From Hamiltosporidium tvaerminnensis FI-OER-3-3 (lineage: Eukaryota > Fungi > Microsporidia): a stretch of 64,000 nt of DNA. The DNA lies in assembly GCA_022605425.2 (NCBI GenBank), contig CM061255.1, positions 186,001-250,000 of the forward strand, read 5' to 3'. Made by a program: the position numbers and the translations under genes. Numbering within the stretch: the first letter of the stretch is position 1; the number at the start of each line of letters is the position of its first letter. Below, piece by piece: positions 11,429 to 24,430 of the stretch. The notes beneath the pieces are model-generated. The model saw only the letters and a program-made list of their open reading frames with translations. It did not search any database and was not told the origin of the DNA.

Positions 11429-13553
11429 TGCATTTCATAAAATTATTTGATTATAAATGTGATTGTAACATAAGCAAAAGAAATATAAAGCTTTAAAATG
11501 ACTTTCGAAGCTTCTCATTTGAATTAAGAATAACATAATTTTCTGGTTGGTTTATTCGATTTCAGCACGGTAGAACTAGTAACAACTTGAATTTTTTTTT
11601 GCAACATGATCAAACAATTATTTAATACTTCAAAATTCATATTATACAACAAGACACGTAATATTTAGACATAAGAACATTAGCTAGGGAATAAAAAAGG
11701 GCATTTAGAGTATTTAAACATCTAAATGTTTAAAATTGGTAAAAAAGAAATAACCGTATTAAATATTCTGAACATGTCGTAAAGAACATAGCATTGGTTT
11801 GCGCAACAAAAAAATTTAATTTGATTTCTATTTTACTTATTCAGTCAACAATTATCAAACTTAAGAAGATACATTGGCATAAATCAAACAAATCAAATTG
11901 TATCTTCTCTTAAAATATATTCATATCAGCTTATCGAAGTAAGAAAATGTTAGAAATATAATGGGTTATGTGATTGAAGGAAATGTAACCCTAAATACAT
12001 AAACAGTAACTTACAACGCTCATAGCGAATAATACTCCTGAGTTTAATATTTTAGAAAACTGGTTTTATAATTTTCTGAACAATTGTAAAATTACAAAAC
12101 GAAATTATTGAAAAGAAATAATTACATTTATTCCCAGGTATTCTATTCATTAGAGATTATTCTTTGATAAAAAAAAAGACTTTAGCACAAATACAAAGAC
12201 ATGCAAATTTTTTTTACTTTTGGGCAAAATGAATATGTTATCATGGTAGAATATATCAAAGACACTGTATTAGATATAAAAAAAATAAAATTTGATCTTT
12301 CAACTGGTTATATGAGAATATTATTGGTGTTTGAAATATATTTTGGTTTTTTAGTATTAAATATTTATTTTGTGAACATTTTAAATATCTATACCGAGAT
12401 TTCTATTTCTTTTTAACGATGTTAACCTATTTATCTACTTTCTAATTTAATTATATTAGCAAGTTTAAACTGACAATCAAAAATCTTAGAATAAAAGTTC
12501 GGCTCTTCATTTCTTCAACCTTTGGGGCTTAGAAGAAAATCAAGGCAGTCACATAGATATACTTAAAACATAAGAGTTGATGGATCGAAAATTCTTTTAT
12601 ACATTTATCCTTCATATTATTTTCTTTATCCTTTCGAATTTGATCAACTACTGATTGACTTTTCGATTTAGTCTCTTATAATCACCAATCAGATTTTCAT
12701 ATAAAACAACTCCTGTTTCTCCTATCAGATATTTTCGGATATTTAGTAAATTTTACACGATAAGAGTTGAAGGATGTGATATTTTTATACTAAAAAGAAG
12801 CAATAAAGCTATCTTTTCAAGTTTTTTTAATAAATATACCACAAATCTTTATTATAAAAATAAATATATATTTCTTAAAAGTAGAATTAACTTTTTTCGT
12901 AAAAAAATAACCTAAAAACCTTTTACATAGTATATGGATATCAATTATTTAATAATTTAAGATAAGAAATATATTTGTAATTAAACTTATAATTTATAAT
13001 TTTTTAGAATCAAACTTAAGCAAATCTTACTGCATATATTCTGTGTTTCAGATGGGAGCTTATGAGATTTTATTCTCTTATTTAATATATTTTAAAATAT
13101 TACTTAATTATCTACTAAACCTTATTAAGACATTTGTCTTTAGTCATACAATTAATTATACGTTAAATTTATAGTTTCTGTCACAATGAAAATCGAGAAT
13201 TTCAGTTTTATTCGCCACAGTTAAACTTTTAGAACCATCTTTGTTTTAGCCATACGGTTTTTTCAGCCTTTCATATTTATTCCCTACACTTAAAACATTC
13301 TAAATTTATTAAATTTCTCAGATATATCATATCTTAAAATGTTCATCTTATGAATGAGAATTAATATAAATTTATGTTAAATAAATAAATTACAACATCT
13401 ATAAATATTATACTACACTTTATTTTTTTATAAAAATTAAGAAAAAAAAATTCTTTAATTTTAAACCAATAATTTTACAGCTTTATATATCTGTAACCAA
13501 TTAAAAAATTTAAATTTTTTTTTTTATAAAAACTCAACCGTTTTTTGTTACCC

Positions 13554-13994
13554 ATGGCACTTATATCTCCGTTAAATTCATTTTCCAAGATTTGCAGATT
13601 CTACGATTCAAAAGTAATTGATCATTTTGAACGACCAAGAAATGTCGGTTCATTTGACAAAAACGATTTAGATATTGGTACAGGACTGGTTGGAGCACCG
13701 GCATGTGGAGATGTAATGAAGTTACAGATTAAAGTAGAAAATAATAAAATCAAAGATGCTAAATTTAAGACATTTGGATGTGGATCTGCTATTGCCTCAT
13801 CAAGTCTTGCTACTGAATGGATTAAAGGTAAAACTTTAGATGAATCTTTAGAAATTAAGAATAGCGATATTGCTAAACACCTTTCATTACCACCAATTAA
13901 ATTACATTGTTCTATGTTGGCTGAGGATGCTATAAGAAATGCAGTAAAAGATTATATTCAGAAAAATAAGTCTAAAAATACAAACACTCATTAG
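13554..13994 (+). CDS. ISU1: Iron-sulfur cluster scaffold Isu1/IscU (mitosomal ISC pathway)
   Basis: YDSKVIDHFERPRNVGSF, GLVGAPACGDVMKLQI, FKTFGCGSAIASSS, LPPIKLHCSMLAEDAI (three Cys ligands and an LPPxK Hsp70-binding motif). The likely start is CCC-ATG at 13554; the ORF-track start at 13545 is a TTG. Confidence 0.97.
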   Translation: MALISPLNSFSKICRFYDSKVIDHFERPRNVGSFDKNDLDIGTGLVGAPACGDVMKLQIKVENNKIKDAKFKTFGCGSAIASSSLATEWIKGKTLDESLEIKNSDIAKHLSLPPIKLHCSMLAEDAIRNAVKDYIQKNKSKNTNTH

Positions 13995-14458
13995 ATATAC
14001 GTTTTTTCGACTGATGGCTGATTTAGCAAATATTCTAGTAAAAAATTTCACCAAAAAAATCTAAGTAAATTTAAATTTCTCTATTTTCTTATTTTCCAAT
14101 TTTTATTCATTTGAATGTCAATATATTCTTAAATAATTATAAAAGTCATTTTTTCTTATAATTCATTATATTGGATTCATAATTAGAAAATAAAATTTGC
14201 TACTTTACATATATAAAGAGTTAAATCTTTATTAAATATTTTTAACTTACGATAAAGACACAATAAAAATTATTTTTAGAATAATTTTTTAGGATATTTT
14301 ATAATAAAGTTTAATAAGGAAATATAACTAAAGAGAATTCAACCCTAGGTTTATAATTTATTTTAAAATAAATATAAATCTAAGAACCAAGAATAAAAGA
14401 AGAGAAATTACATTTAAAATTAATATTTTATTTATTTCCTTTTTTATACCCCTTTTTA

Positions 14459-14686
14459 ATGATGAAGACTACACCAAAAGATTTATCAGATTTAACTAAT
14501 CAATACGTTAAAATTACAGTTACAAAAAATAGAAATTTTATTGGTAAACTGGTAGGTTATGATGTACATATGAATGTTGTTATTTCTGATGTTACTTTAC
14601 CTTCTAAAGAAACACGTAATCTATATACGGTAATACGTGGAGATACTATTGAAACTATAACTTCATTTCAGGAAGAATCAGTGTGA
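14459..14686 (+). CDS. Sm/LSm-fold protein (SmG/Lsm7-like), copy 1
   Basis: Sm1 motif RNFIGKLVGYDVHMNVVI and Sm2 motif VIRGDTI. A CCCC motif lies upstream. Confidence 0.9.
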   Translation: MMKTTPKDLSDLTNQYVKITVTKNRNFIGKLVGYDVHMNVVISDVTLPSKETRNLYTVIRGDTIETITSFQEESV

Positions 14687-16602
14687 AATTTTATAATTAA
14701 TATTCTTGAGTAATAAATTCAATCAAATGTATTTAAATGAAATACATATTGAGATTCATTTAAGTCTTACATTCGTATTCTTATATCAATATTAAGGTGT
14801 CAATAAACACCTCAAGTTTAATATTTCTCTTGTCATTTTTCTATACTCTTTTACTCTTTTGAAATACATTTTACTTGTTGCTAATCCCTTTTATTTATAT
14901 GTATTATTATTTCCAGCTTATTCTTTCTATTATTTCTCGTCCATAAATTCTTAAAATTTTGTTTGTATAAGAAAAAATCTAGATGTGTTGAATATAAACC
15001 TATGTCAAACAAAATTCATTTTGTCTTTCTATATCTTTTTGTAGAAACTTCTGTTTTTTGCATTTTTAATGCTTGTATTGAGGAAAAGTATTGAAAGCTT
15101 CTATTTATTTGCACTAAACAGCCTAAAATGTATATCATTTATATAATTCATTAATACCCCGACGACGACACATCTCGAAATGTTTGATTGGTTAAAAAAA
15201 TATAAGACACCAATAAGAGTGCTCCAATTAGTATATGTCGCTTTCAATTTGTTCATATAACTTACACAATCAATAATAGTCAGTAGAACTGAACATAAAA
15301 CAATTATAAAATTCTATTAGAGAAGAAAAATATTGAAAGAAAATTCGTAAAAGTTCTTCTAAATAGTATTATCTATTAAGAATAAACAAAAGATTTGTTT
15401 TTTTTTAAATTTTCAAACGTTTTCATTTTGAAAAAAAATTCATCACCTGTATGAGTTTTTATGAAACAGTTTAAAGCTACTTAAAAAATTGTAGGATAAG
15501 ATTGATGATTTTCCATCATTCATATGATAATTTGTTTATATTCTCTATAAAAATTGCATAAACCAATTATTTCTTGAATAGCTTCATGGAACTTTATACC
15601 TGACAACATTAAAAAATTATTAATAAAAATGACTAAGAATTTATACAATAAATAAATAAACCAGAACAGCATATTTTTTAAAAGAACGGTTTTTCAGAAT
15701 ATATAACACTTCACATGAATAAATTTATTCGAGATAAAAGATAGAATTGAATAAAATAAGCTGAACAGTAAGCAGATAAATCATAAAATAACGAGCTAAA
15801 GGTCGGCAAAATTGAAAGTAAATGAAATAGAAGAAGAGAAATATACAGGTTAAAAACAGTCTAAATTTTTATTTGACAATTTCTCAAAGACGGGTAATAA
15901 TTTAGAAATGAAAGACTAAAAAAATATACGAGAAACAGACTAGGTGAAAGTATAAGATTTTAAATAATTGTGGGATCGTGGCTGTGATATTGAAGTTTAG
16001 ATTATTTTCGTTTTTTTTTATTAATTTAAAAGAAAGTTTGTTTCTACGAGCTTAACGTCTAGTAAAATATAAAAACCGTAAATTCAACGGCATCTATACC
16101 ATTGCAGTCATACACTAAAAAAAAATCAATAAATCACCCAAAAAAATTGATTTAATATTTTGTTTTTTCCGTTGTATTAAGTGATTTTAATATTGGTTTT
16201 TCAAGTATTAAATTCGCACGTTCATATAGTTTAAATTCAAGTGTTTTTGAATAGAAATACGCAACAATGTGAATTTTAATAATAAAATACTCTTTTATTT
16301 ATTAAATTTAATATAGATTTTGGCTATGTCCGTAAAACCATTCGACACATAATATTAAAATTCTTGAAAATTTCTTATGATTATTAACTTCAAGATTTCA
16401 TCTAGAAGTATATCATGTATAAATCAACAGTTTGGAATATTTTTTTTATGTTAAGATTTTATTAAATTAAATCAACCGATTTTAATCGATAATAAATGTT
16501 TTCAAACCAGAAATGGTATATTAATGAGCAAATTTTGTTTCTTATCTATAAAAAACAACTGATTTTTTCAAATAAATATTGAATTAAAATGAGTCCTTCA
16601 TT

Positions 16603-18957
16603 ATGAACTGCAGGAGATATAAAAATAGCCTTTGGGAATGTATCGCTGTCTTTGCTACTTGTATTTTGTCAGCAAACCTTGAACATAATACCAGTCAAAG
16701 CGTAGAATTCGTGCCTTTACCAGCAGAAAATCACGCAGCAGAAAGCACAGTTATAAACAATAATATCAAACATTCGATAGATTCTATCTTAAATACACCT
16801 GATGATAGGCATTCAATTCGAAATAATTTTCGAAAATGTGTTTTACCACAAAATACTATATCAGGTCGATTTCCACCTTATGTTATACCTCGAAATTTGC
16901 CATATGCATATATGAATAGGAATTTTTTTAACAAGGACTCTGTTTCACAGCCTTCAATACTAAACACACCTAATAATTTTTATGCAAATGAAATGCATCT
17001 CGGTAGAATCCAACCTACTCTTTATAACCAACAACTTAGTTTTCCTCAGCCTCACTTTAATTTTGTATATAGATATCCATGGCCTGTTAATAATATTTAT
17101 CCATTTCATGAAATATCTAAAGATTACATTGAGATACCTCAAAGAGCATCGAGTATACCTCAGACCAACAAAATATCTAATATGTTGGCAAATAAAACAA
17201 CATCTACAACAAATTTTTCTCCTCAATATAATCACCATATTCAAAAGAACTCGAATTTCCAGCGAGATACAAATAAAGATCGTTATTTAGAATCGGGAAT
17301 TTCGGCTAGAGGTACTTTGAATTGTAACGAGTTTGTCACACCTGTTGTTAGTCATATGAACAAAAACAACTCATGTACAACTTCTATAAAAGAACCATTT
17401 CGTATGAGTGAGGCAATTAATATTGTTCAAACTACACAAGATATGATGCAATCAAAAGGAATCGCGCAAAAAGAACCTAAAGATTCGGTTCCAACCCATG
17501 TGAAATATGTTTCCACGGCCGATAATTCTCAATATATTACCACGTTCGAAGAATCGCAGAATAAAAAAGGAAATTTGAAACGACACAACGAATATTCAAG
17601 GGAATTTTCAATGACACGATTTAAAATTACCAGGAATGACATTCTTGAAAAGCTGAAACTGATGCAAATGGAATATGAAGATATGCTTAGATCGTTGCTA
17701 GTAATAGAAGAGTGTGCTATATCAGATGAAGACAAAAAATCTAAAAAGATTTTGTATGAAGGCATTACAGAATATGTACTTGCAGAAACAAATTTTACAG
17801 AACAAATGAAAACAAAAATTTTAGATTTAATATTTGGGACAATTGATGATGTATTTCAACATATGTTCCAAACTGTGGAAATAAGTACACAAAAAATTGA
17901 ATCACGTTTGGTTCGTTTATCATATTCTGTCAATGAATTAGAAAATTTATATTCAGATGAAATAAATAAGATCAAAATATCAGAAATAGAAATTCAAGAT
18001 ATATTGAAAACATGCTCTACTTTTGTCGATTATGAAAAGCAAATTTTTGGAGACTTAAATATTAGCACGATACAAGAATCTTTGAAAATACCTAGAATAA
18101 CAGAAACATTATCACGCATTAAGGAATGTATGAAAAATAATATGATATACGAAATATTGAAATTTCTAGAATTATATGAAGTTAATTTGCAACACCATAT
18201 AAAAAATAATCATCTCGTATCGACAATTTACCTCTTAAATGTATTGATTATTCAGCTTGAAAAAATAGATTTTGTTAAATTCTATCATAATTATGACAAA
18301 AAAACATATGGAGAGCGCAAATATGTAATGTGTGTAAAAGTTTTTTTTATCGGCACAATTTTCGAGAATATATTGCGAAGTTTAAATAATCACGATACGA
18401 AGGCAAATTGTTACGGAATATTAAATGTATGCCGAACGATCCTTAGCATTGTATCTTTTAATAAAAAGCGGGGTAGTCTACTTTCTTTGCAATTACCATG
18501 TCTGATAGCAATGGTATTAGAAGAGGCATTTGAATTTGATAAAAAACAACTTAAAGAATTTGTTATTTTTCTCTTTTATCTAATGAAAAAAACTGTTCAT
18601 ACAGAACCAGACTTCTATGATGATAAGATTCAATATTTTTTACAAATAAATATTTCAATAATTGAAACTATAGTAAACACTACTGTATCATTTACAAACG
18701 AATATAAGGATAGTTCATATTGCAACAATAAAGTCGATAGAATTAGAATTGATTGTCAGATGATTTTGGAGAATGAATCAGATAGCTCTAAGAAAGGAAA
18801 TGAGATATGTCGAAAATTAAAAAGATTATACATTTCGCAATTATATTACACGATAATCTCTAGACGTAAAAGCTCCACAAATGTTTCTTTAGACAATAAT
18901 AATGTATCAAGCTACTTATTAAGGCATTATAAAAGAATTTTATCGAAATTCAATTAA
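16603..18957 (+). CDS. Large hypothetical protein, probably secreted (N/P/Q/S-rich N-terminal half, helical C-terminal half)
   Basis: 784-aa uninterrupted ORF in AT-rich DNA with a hydrophobic segment LWECIAVFATCILSA. No recognised domain. Confidence 0.8.
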   Translation: MNCRRYKNSLWECIAVFATCILSANLEHNTSQSVEFVPLPAENHAAESTVINNNIKHSIDSILNTPDDRHSIRNNFRKCVLPQNTISGRFPPYVIPRNLPYAYMNRNFFNKDSVSQPSILNTPNNFYANEMHLGRIQPTLYNQQLSFPQPHFNFVYRYPWPVNNIYPFHEISKDYIEIPQRASSIPQTNKISNMLANKTTSTTNFSPQYNHHIQKNSNFQRDTNKDRYLESGISARGTLNCNEFVTPVVSHMNKNNSCTTSIKEPFRMSEAINIVQTTQDMMQSKGIAQKEPKDSVPTHVKYVSTADNSQYITTFEESQNKKGNLKRHNEYSREFSMTRFKITRNDILEKLKLMQMEYEDMLRSLLVIEECAISDEDKKSKKILYEGITEYVLAETNFTEQMKTKILDLIFGTIDDVFQHMFQTVEISTQKIESRLVRLSYSVNELENLYSDEINKIKISEIEIQDILKTCSTFVDYEKQIFGDLNISTIQESLKIPRITETLSRIKECMKNNMIYEILKFLELYEVNLQHHIKNNHLVSTIYLLNVLIIQLEKIDFVKFYHNYDKKTYGERKYVMCVKVFFIGTIFENILRSLNNHDTKANCYGILNVCRTILSIVSFNKKRGSLLSLQLPCLIAMVLEEAFEFDKKQLKEFVIFLFYLMKKTVHTEPDFYDDKIQYFLQINISIIETIVNTTVSFTNEYKDSSYCNNKVDRIRIDCQMILENESDSSKKGNEICRKLKRLYISQLYYTIISRRKSSTNVSLDNNNVSSYLLRHYKRILSKFN

Positions 18958-19214
18958 AATTTTTCAATTGAATCTAATCAGTAGTATTTTTTATAGTTAA
19001 ATATTAACAGTAGATTGTTGTAGTCAAACAACATAATATTTTTGTTGCACTTATATTAAACCACTAATAATCTTTTATTTAAATTAAATTATAAAAATAA
19101 CATTTTTTTTGTATATCAAATTATGATTATGTTATCATGATACAATAACTCTTATTTCCTCAAAAGTTTTTTTGTAAAATAATAAATTTAAGTAAATGTT
19201 TGTATTCTTAGTCG

Positions 19215-19760
19215 AGGGCGAGGGCGAATAAATCATTCACTAGTCATCGCGTGCTATGGTTTGCTATACTCGGTATGAACTTTTTTTTGGAATTTTGGTG
19301 GATGAAAACAATTAAATGTTCGGATTTTTAATGGGAATTTATATAGCGAAAATGGCCTATGAAATGATGAAACCTATTCTACAATTTTTTTTATTGTGCA
19401 ACATGGTGGAAATATTGGTGTATTGTAGATGATTGCACGCGAAAACATAATATTACCCTTGCTTATTTCGGTTTAAAGACAGCGCGCTTGTGATATAGAA
19501 AAAAATTTATTCGTCAAAAGCCTGAAATGTTAAGAATGTATACACTTTGCTATAAAGCTGTGAATTTTAGTAAACCTCATGTAAATATCTCGATTTATCT
19601 TAGCTAGAGTTTATTCAGTTGAAAAGTGTAGACTAAGTAGCTATGCTGCTAGTCTTGAGGGATTCAGAGTGAGTTCGGACTGTAATCGTGCATCAGACGA
19701 CAAATATTGGCAAATTCTGGCAAAAATATCGCCTATAAAATGATACTGGGCATATTTTTG
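19215..19760 (+). ncRNA. Degraded copy E of the structured non-coding repeat family
   Basis: ttggaattttggtggatgaaaac...ttcgg...atggga, ccttgcttatttcggtttaaagac, catgtaaat...agagtttattcagtt and gctgctagtcttg...gagttcggact are colinear with copies A, B and D. Confidence 0.55.
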
Positions 19761-20620
19761 ATGAAACTTTGGTTTTAAGGTTTTAAAGAAAACCCAAAAA
19801 GTATTAGAGAGCAGCCATATATGCAAACTTATAACCATTTTAATATAAGAAACCAATATAGAATATTTCATTTTTCTTTAAAGATTTTATATTTATTAAA
19901 TATATGCTACTTCTTTGTAAAAATAGATAAAGTTCATAATGCACATACCGCAAAAAACCTCTATAGAACGTGGCAAAATGATAAATTTTATAGCGGCTCT
20001 CATATTGGTAGAAGTATGAATAATACTGTAAATTGAATAGAATATTGTATTGTCAATATTTTTTAAACGCGATTTTTCCCGTTCTTCCAAAGGATATTTC
20101 GTATCAATTATATCTTTAAAATCAATTCTAACATAAATTCCCTGGAAATTAACTAAAATATAAATAATAATGAATTTAAAAATTCTAAACTAACCACTGC
20201 TTGATAAATAAAGAACTGTAAACAATGGCGAAGTTTGTTAAAAGCAATATTTTACGGGATATAAGCCGATAATTGTTGTTGAGTGGCAAGAGAAAATCGC
20301 TCGGAGCACGTTCCCAAATTGCCGTTAATTTATTAAAGTCCTGACATAAATTATTGCAGTTTTAATATCGAAGCAATACTGTGACAATTATCCATGATTT
20401 TCGTGAAATTATCAAATTTCCCAATTTTATAAGTCAATATTCATAATGTAAAGAATAGACAGATTGACCGTAACATATGTCTATGTAAAGATATGTAACT
20501 AAGACACAACAATAAGTAGCTTTAGAATTTAATTGAGTTTATTTTGAATAATAATAGAAATGTGCAAAGAACGATTATTAGAATACAATTTTTAATTTGT
20601 ATTTTTTATACCCCTTTTTA

Positions 20621-20848
20621 ATGATGAAGACTACACCAAAAGATTTATCAGATTTAACTAATCAATATGTTAAAATTACAGTTACAAAAAATAGAAACTT
20701 TTTTGGTAAACTGGTAGGTTATGATGTACATATGAATGTTGTTATTTCTGATATTACTTTACCTTCTAAAGAAACATGTAATCTATATACGGTAATACGT
20801 GGAGATACTATTGAAACTATAACTTCATTTCAGGAAGAATCAGTGTGA
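20621..20848 (+). CDS. Sm/LSm-fold protein, copy 2 (recent duplicate of 14459..14686)
   Basis: Nearly identical to copy 1, with three amino-acid changes (I>F, V>I, R>C). ATG is at 20621 after CCCC; the ORF-track start at 20597 is a TTG. Confidence 0.85.
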   Translation: MMKTTPKDLSDLTNQYVKITVTKNRNFFGKLVGYDVHMNVVISDITLPSKETCNLYTVIRGDTIETITSFQEESV

Positions 20849-21829
20849 AATTTTATAATTAATATTCTTGAGTAATAAATTCAATCAAATGTATTTAAAT
20901 GAAATACATATTGAGATTCATTTAAGTCTTACATTCGTATTCTTATATAAGTTCTTGTATTTCATATCATTTTTAAGTTTTGAATCTAGCTTGTTTCTTT
21001 GAATAGTTTTTTTTGTTTATATTCGTTCTGACTTCGATTTTATTTTTATAATTATAAATATTTTTCTGTTATACATTCTCACATAATCAAAGAATATAAC
21101 AATCTTAGGTTTATATTTTAAAATCAGAAGCAAAAAGGTAAAAAAAAGTTTATAAAGTTTTGTTTTAATTTTTGAAACTAAAATATACGCAGTACGATTT
21201 ACTTGCAATTTCGCTGAGTCATATTTATATATTTTAGTTGGAAAAACTCTTTAATTAGTAAATTAAGTATTATTACAAAATACCATAAAATGTATCTTTA
21301 GGACCTTCATGATCTTATACAAATAAAGGTATATTTTACGGTTTATAGTGCTTAAAATGACAGTCGAAACAATTTCCTTTGATCGATAAATAAAATTATA
21401 GTCGAAAAAAACCATTCAATAAATATAAAAAAACATCTTTTATATTCTTTAAAAGTTTAATATAAAAAAATACAAATATTATCAAAAACACTAAAAATTT
21501 AAGAACCGTTTTTAGTATTCTGTAAGATTTTAATACAAAGAAATACAACTAACACAAAAAACGACATAAACATTACGATTAACCTTAAAATTTATATATA
21601 CTCAATATTTTTATTAAAAATGTGGTAAAAAAAATCAAATATTTTTTACACTTCACCAACCAATTAATAATATATTTCAATATCTTTAAAAGAGATATAA
21701 ATAATTTAAAGACAAATTAAAATTCCGAATATACAAATACGTCTTTTTTCTGAAATCATTTTGATATTTAGAAGTCAAAGAACATAATATTATTCTAGTT
21801 TATTTTAAACAAATAGCTAAACATATATA

Positions 21830-22310
21830 CTTCTCCTTTAAAATTCTTAGTCAAAGTTTGATAATTATCTAACTACGAATACTTTTATATTAAATGATTA
21901 CAAATATATATGATCATCACATAATCAACTATTAAATTATCATTTTTACACTCCTTTTTCTATTAAATAATTCAAAATATATGATCATCATGTAATCAAC
22001 TATTAAATTATCATTTTTACACTCCTTTTTCAACACTTATTCAATACATGTTTATTATGACTTATGTATAATAATATAAGATTTTCATCTTCTCCTTTTT
22101 CTATAAAATTCATTATAACTCACTAAATTACAATTACTAATTTTTATTATTCCTCCTTTTTCGTAAAGATTCATTATAACTCACTAAATTACAATTATCA
22201 ATTTGTATTGATCTCCTTTTTCAATACATATATATTTTTGTTTCAATACTTAATCATTATAACTTATTAAGTAATTTTTTAATATATTTAATTGGTTCTC
22301 CTTTTTAAGT
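21830..22310. repeat. Degenerate 60-72-bp tandem array, units ending in ctcctttt
   Basis: atatatgatcatca...aattatcatttttacactcctttt occurs twice and ttcattataactcactaaattacaatta occurs twice. ctccttt recurs near 21833, 21951, 22022, 22093, 22153, 22213 and 22298. Confidence 0.65.
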
Positions 22311-22345
22311 AAAACAGTATTTAATTAAAAAGAAAAAAAGAAATC

Positions 22346-22804
22346 ATGTATTTACCAAGTTTGAACCTAAATAGACTACTATTTATACTAACCAGTATAT
22401 CAGATATTCTATATATAATAGCACTATTCAGATTAAAAGTACTCGTTTGGTATATATTAATACCTCTGGTAGTATTACAATGTATATTAAAGATGTATTT
22501 ATATTTGGTGTGTTTTGTAACGATAAATAGAAAGTATTTGACGATTGCAGTTGTTTCTTTGATTGTGTCTGTTATTGAGAATAGTTATCTGTGTGTCAGA
22601 ATATTCTTTATTTATATATTTTTTGTCGTTGATGTTATATACGCACTGATATTTTATTTATCATTTGTATTTTTCTGTTTACAACTTTTATTGTTGATTA
22701 ATTGTGTTCTAATGAAGAAAATTCTTATGTTTGATGTTAGTATTCCTGTATCGTTTGGTGATATCAATTTTGCCAGTATATATGGTATTGGTGGTATGAA
22801 ATAG
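22346..22804 (+). CDS. Small polytopic membrane protein (about 4 TM helices), paralogue of 26334..26738
   Basis: Four hydrophobic stretches. Aligns without obvious gaps to the 134-aa ORF (D-I-x-Y, Y-I-x-x-P-L, L-K, C-F, D-x-I, I-F-Y-x-S, K-K-x-x-M-F). Confidence 0.8.
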   Translation: MYLPSLNLNRLLFILTSISDILYIIALFRLKVLVWYILIPLVVLQCILKMYLYLVCFVTINRKYLTIAVVSLIVSVIENSYLCVRIFFIYIFFVVDVIYALIFYLSFVFFCLQLLLLINCVLMKKILMFDVSIPVSFGDINFASIYGIGGMK

Positions 22805-22822
22805 AAAGTGATAAAGGATAAA

Positions 22823-22984
22823 GTAAAATATATACTAGAGAATGTACTTGAGATATTATAGATAGTGTGCTATAGTAAAAGATACACTAGAGAATGTACT
22901 TGAGATATTATAGATAGTGTGCTATAGTAAAAGATATACTAGAGAATGTACATGAGATATTATAGATAGTGTGCTATAGTAAAT
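22823..22984. repeat. 52-bp tandem repeat x3
   Basis: ctagagaatgtacttgagatattatagatagtgtgctatagtaaaagata starts at 22835, 22887 and 22939. Confidence 0.9.
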
Positions 22985-23438
22985 ATCAAATTATAAATAA
23001 TGTAGTACATGAAATAGTGAAAAAAGTATTAAATTAGATTGTTAATTAGAAGAAAATAAACTATAGAAGGTGTAAACAAAGTAATAGAGTAATAAAGATT
23101 GGAAATTGTAAGAATAGAAAGTTTATAATTGAAGTCGTAAATATCAAATCTTAGATTAAAATTTTAATAAATTAAACCTAAGAATTATTATAAATTTTTT
23201 TTAAAAATCTTTAATTTGTAAATATTTCTATTTAAATAATTATTGTGTTCTCTTATAAAACAGTAGTGTTATTAACACTCTATTATATAAAAGTACAATA
23301 CTTAACACCCTCTTCCCTAGCCTCAGTATATTTAACACCCCATATTAAAAAGACTTGTCACTAACACCCATTCTCCCTTATTCTTACGCTATCCCTTACA
23401 ATTTCCAAAAATATATTTTATTAAACCCAAACCCCTCA

Positions 23439-24170
23439 ATGAGTAACATATTAGACTTCGGTCCAATCTACACTTCAACCGGTACAATTCTACAAATAAA
23501 TTACGCACAAAAATGTGCAGATAATGGTAGCACATGCATAGCAATAAAAACAAAGCAAGGTATAGTTCTAGCTGTAGAAAAACCCATAACTTCTCCACTC
23601 TACACGAACAAAGAAAACAGTCGTATTAAAAAATTTACAGACACTTGTTACACCACCTACTCTGGTCTTCTCACCGATGGTTTTTGTATTTACAATTTAG
23701 TAAAAAAAGAATGTTATTCGTACATAGAAGATGTTGAGAAAGACATATCACCAGCGATGGTTAAAAAACTGTTAAGTTCGTATTTATCTTTCTTTACTGT
23801 ATATATGGGTTGTAGACCATCAGGATGTAATTTTATTACTGTTATTGTGTATAATAACGAACCATTTATATTAGGCAGTCAATCTTCTTCACTTACTTCT
23901 TATTATAAAGCACATGCTATTGGTAAAGGTTCAGCCAGATGTAAAACTGAACTTGAAAAACTTGATTTTCAAAATATGTCTGTTTCTCAGATGATAGAAC
24001 ATGCAGTAAGAATTATGTATAAGTCTTATGATCCTCTTAAAGATAAAGAATTTGATATTGAAATTATCTATGCAGAAGAAAAAGATAAATATACTTTTAA
24101 AGAAGTGGATGGTAATACACTCAGTGAAATTGTGGAAAAGTATAAAAATCTAAGTGTAGACGATGATTAA
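23439..24170 (+). CDS. PRE10: 20S proteasome subunit alpha-7 (PSMA3/Pre10)
   Basis: TGTILQINYAQKCADNGSTCIAIKTKQGIVLAVEK, YMGCRPSG and AIGKGSARCKTELEKL are typical of alpha7. The start was reassigned to aCCCCtcaATG at 23439. Confidence 0.9.
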   Translation: MSNILDFGPIYTSTGTILQINYAQKCADNGSTCIAIKTKQGIVLAVEKPITSPLYTNKENSRIKKFTDTCYTTYSGLLTDGFCIYNLVKKECYSYIEDVEKDISPAMVKKLLSSYLSFFTVYMGCRPSGCNFITVIVYNNEPFILGSQSSSLTSYYKAHAIGKGSARCKTELEKLDFQNMSVSQMIEHAVRIMYKSYDPLKDKEFDIEIIYAEEKDKYTFKEVDGNTLSEIVEKYKNLSVDDD

Positions 24171-24177
24171 AGAAATT

Positions 24178-24430
24178 TGATGTTTTTGTATTTTTCTATT
24201 CTTCTTTTGTATTTATTTCTATTCTTCTTTTGTATTTTTTTCTATTTTCTTTTCTTTTTTGTATTCTCTTTCTTTTGTAGTTTTCTATTCTTTTTCTTAA
24301 TCTCTTTCTATTCTTTTTCTTTTCTTTTTTTATTCTCTTTCTTTTGTATTTTTCTCTTTCTTTTGTATTTTCTATTCTATTGTTTTTTTATTAATTATTT
24401 TTTCTTATTCTCTTTCTTTATAGTTAAATA
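24178..24430. repeat. T/C-rich low-complexity degenerate repeat (ttttgtattttctattctc) 3' of PRE10
   Basis: Repeated ttttgtatt and ttctattc words. These produce the spurious Phe-rich ORF 24177..24473. Confidence 0.75.
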
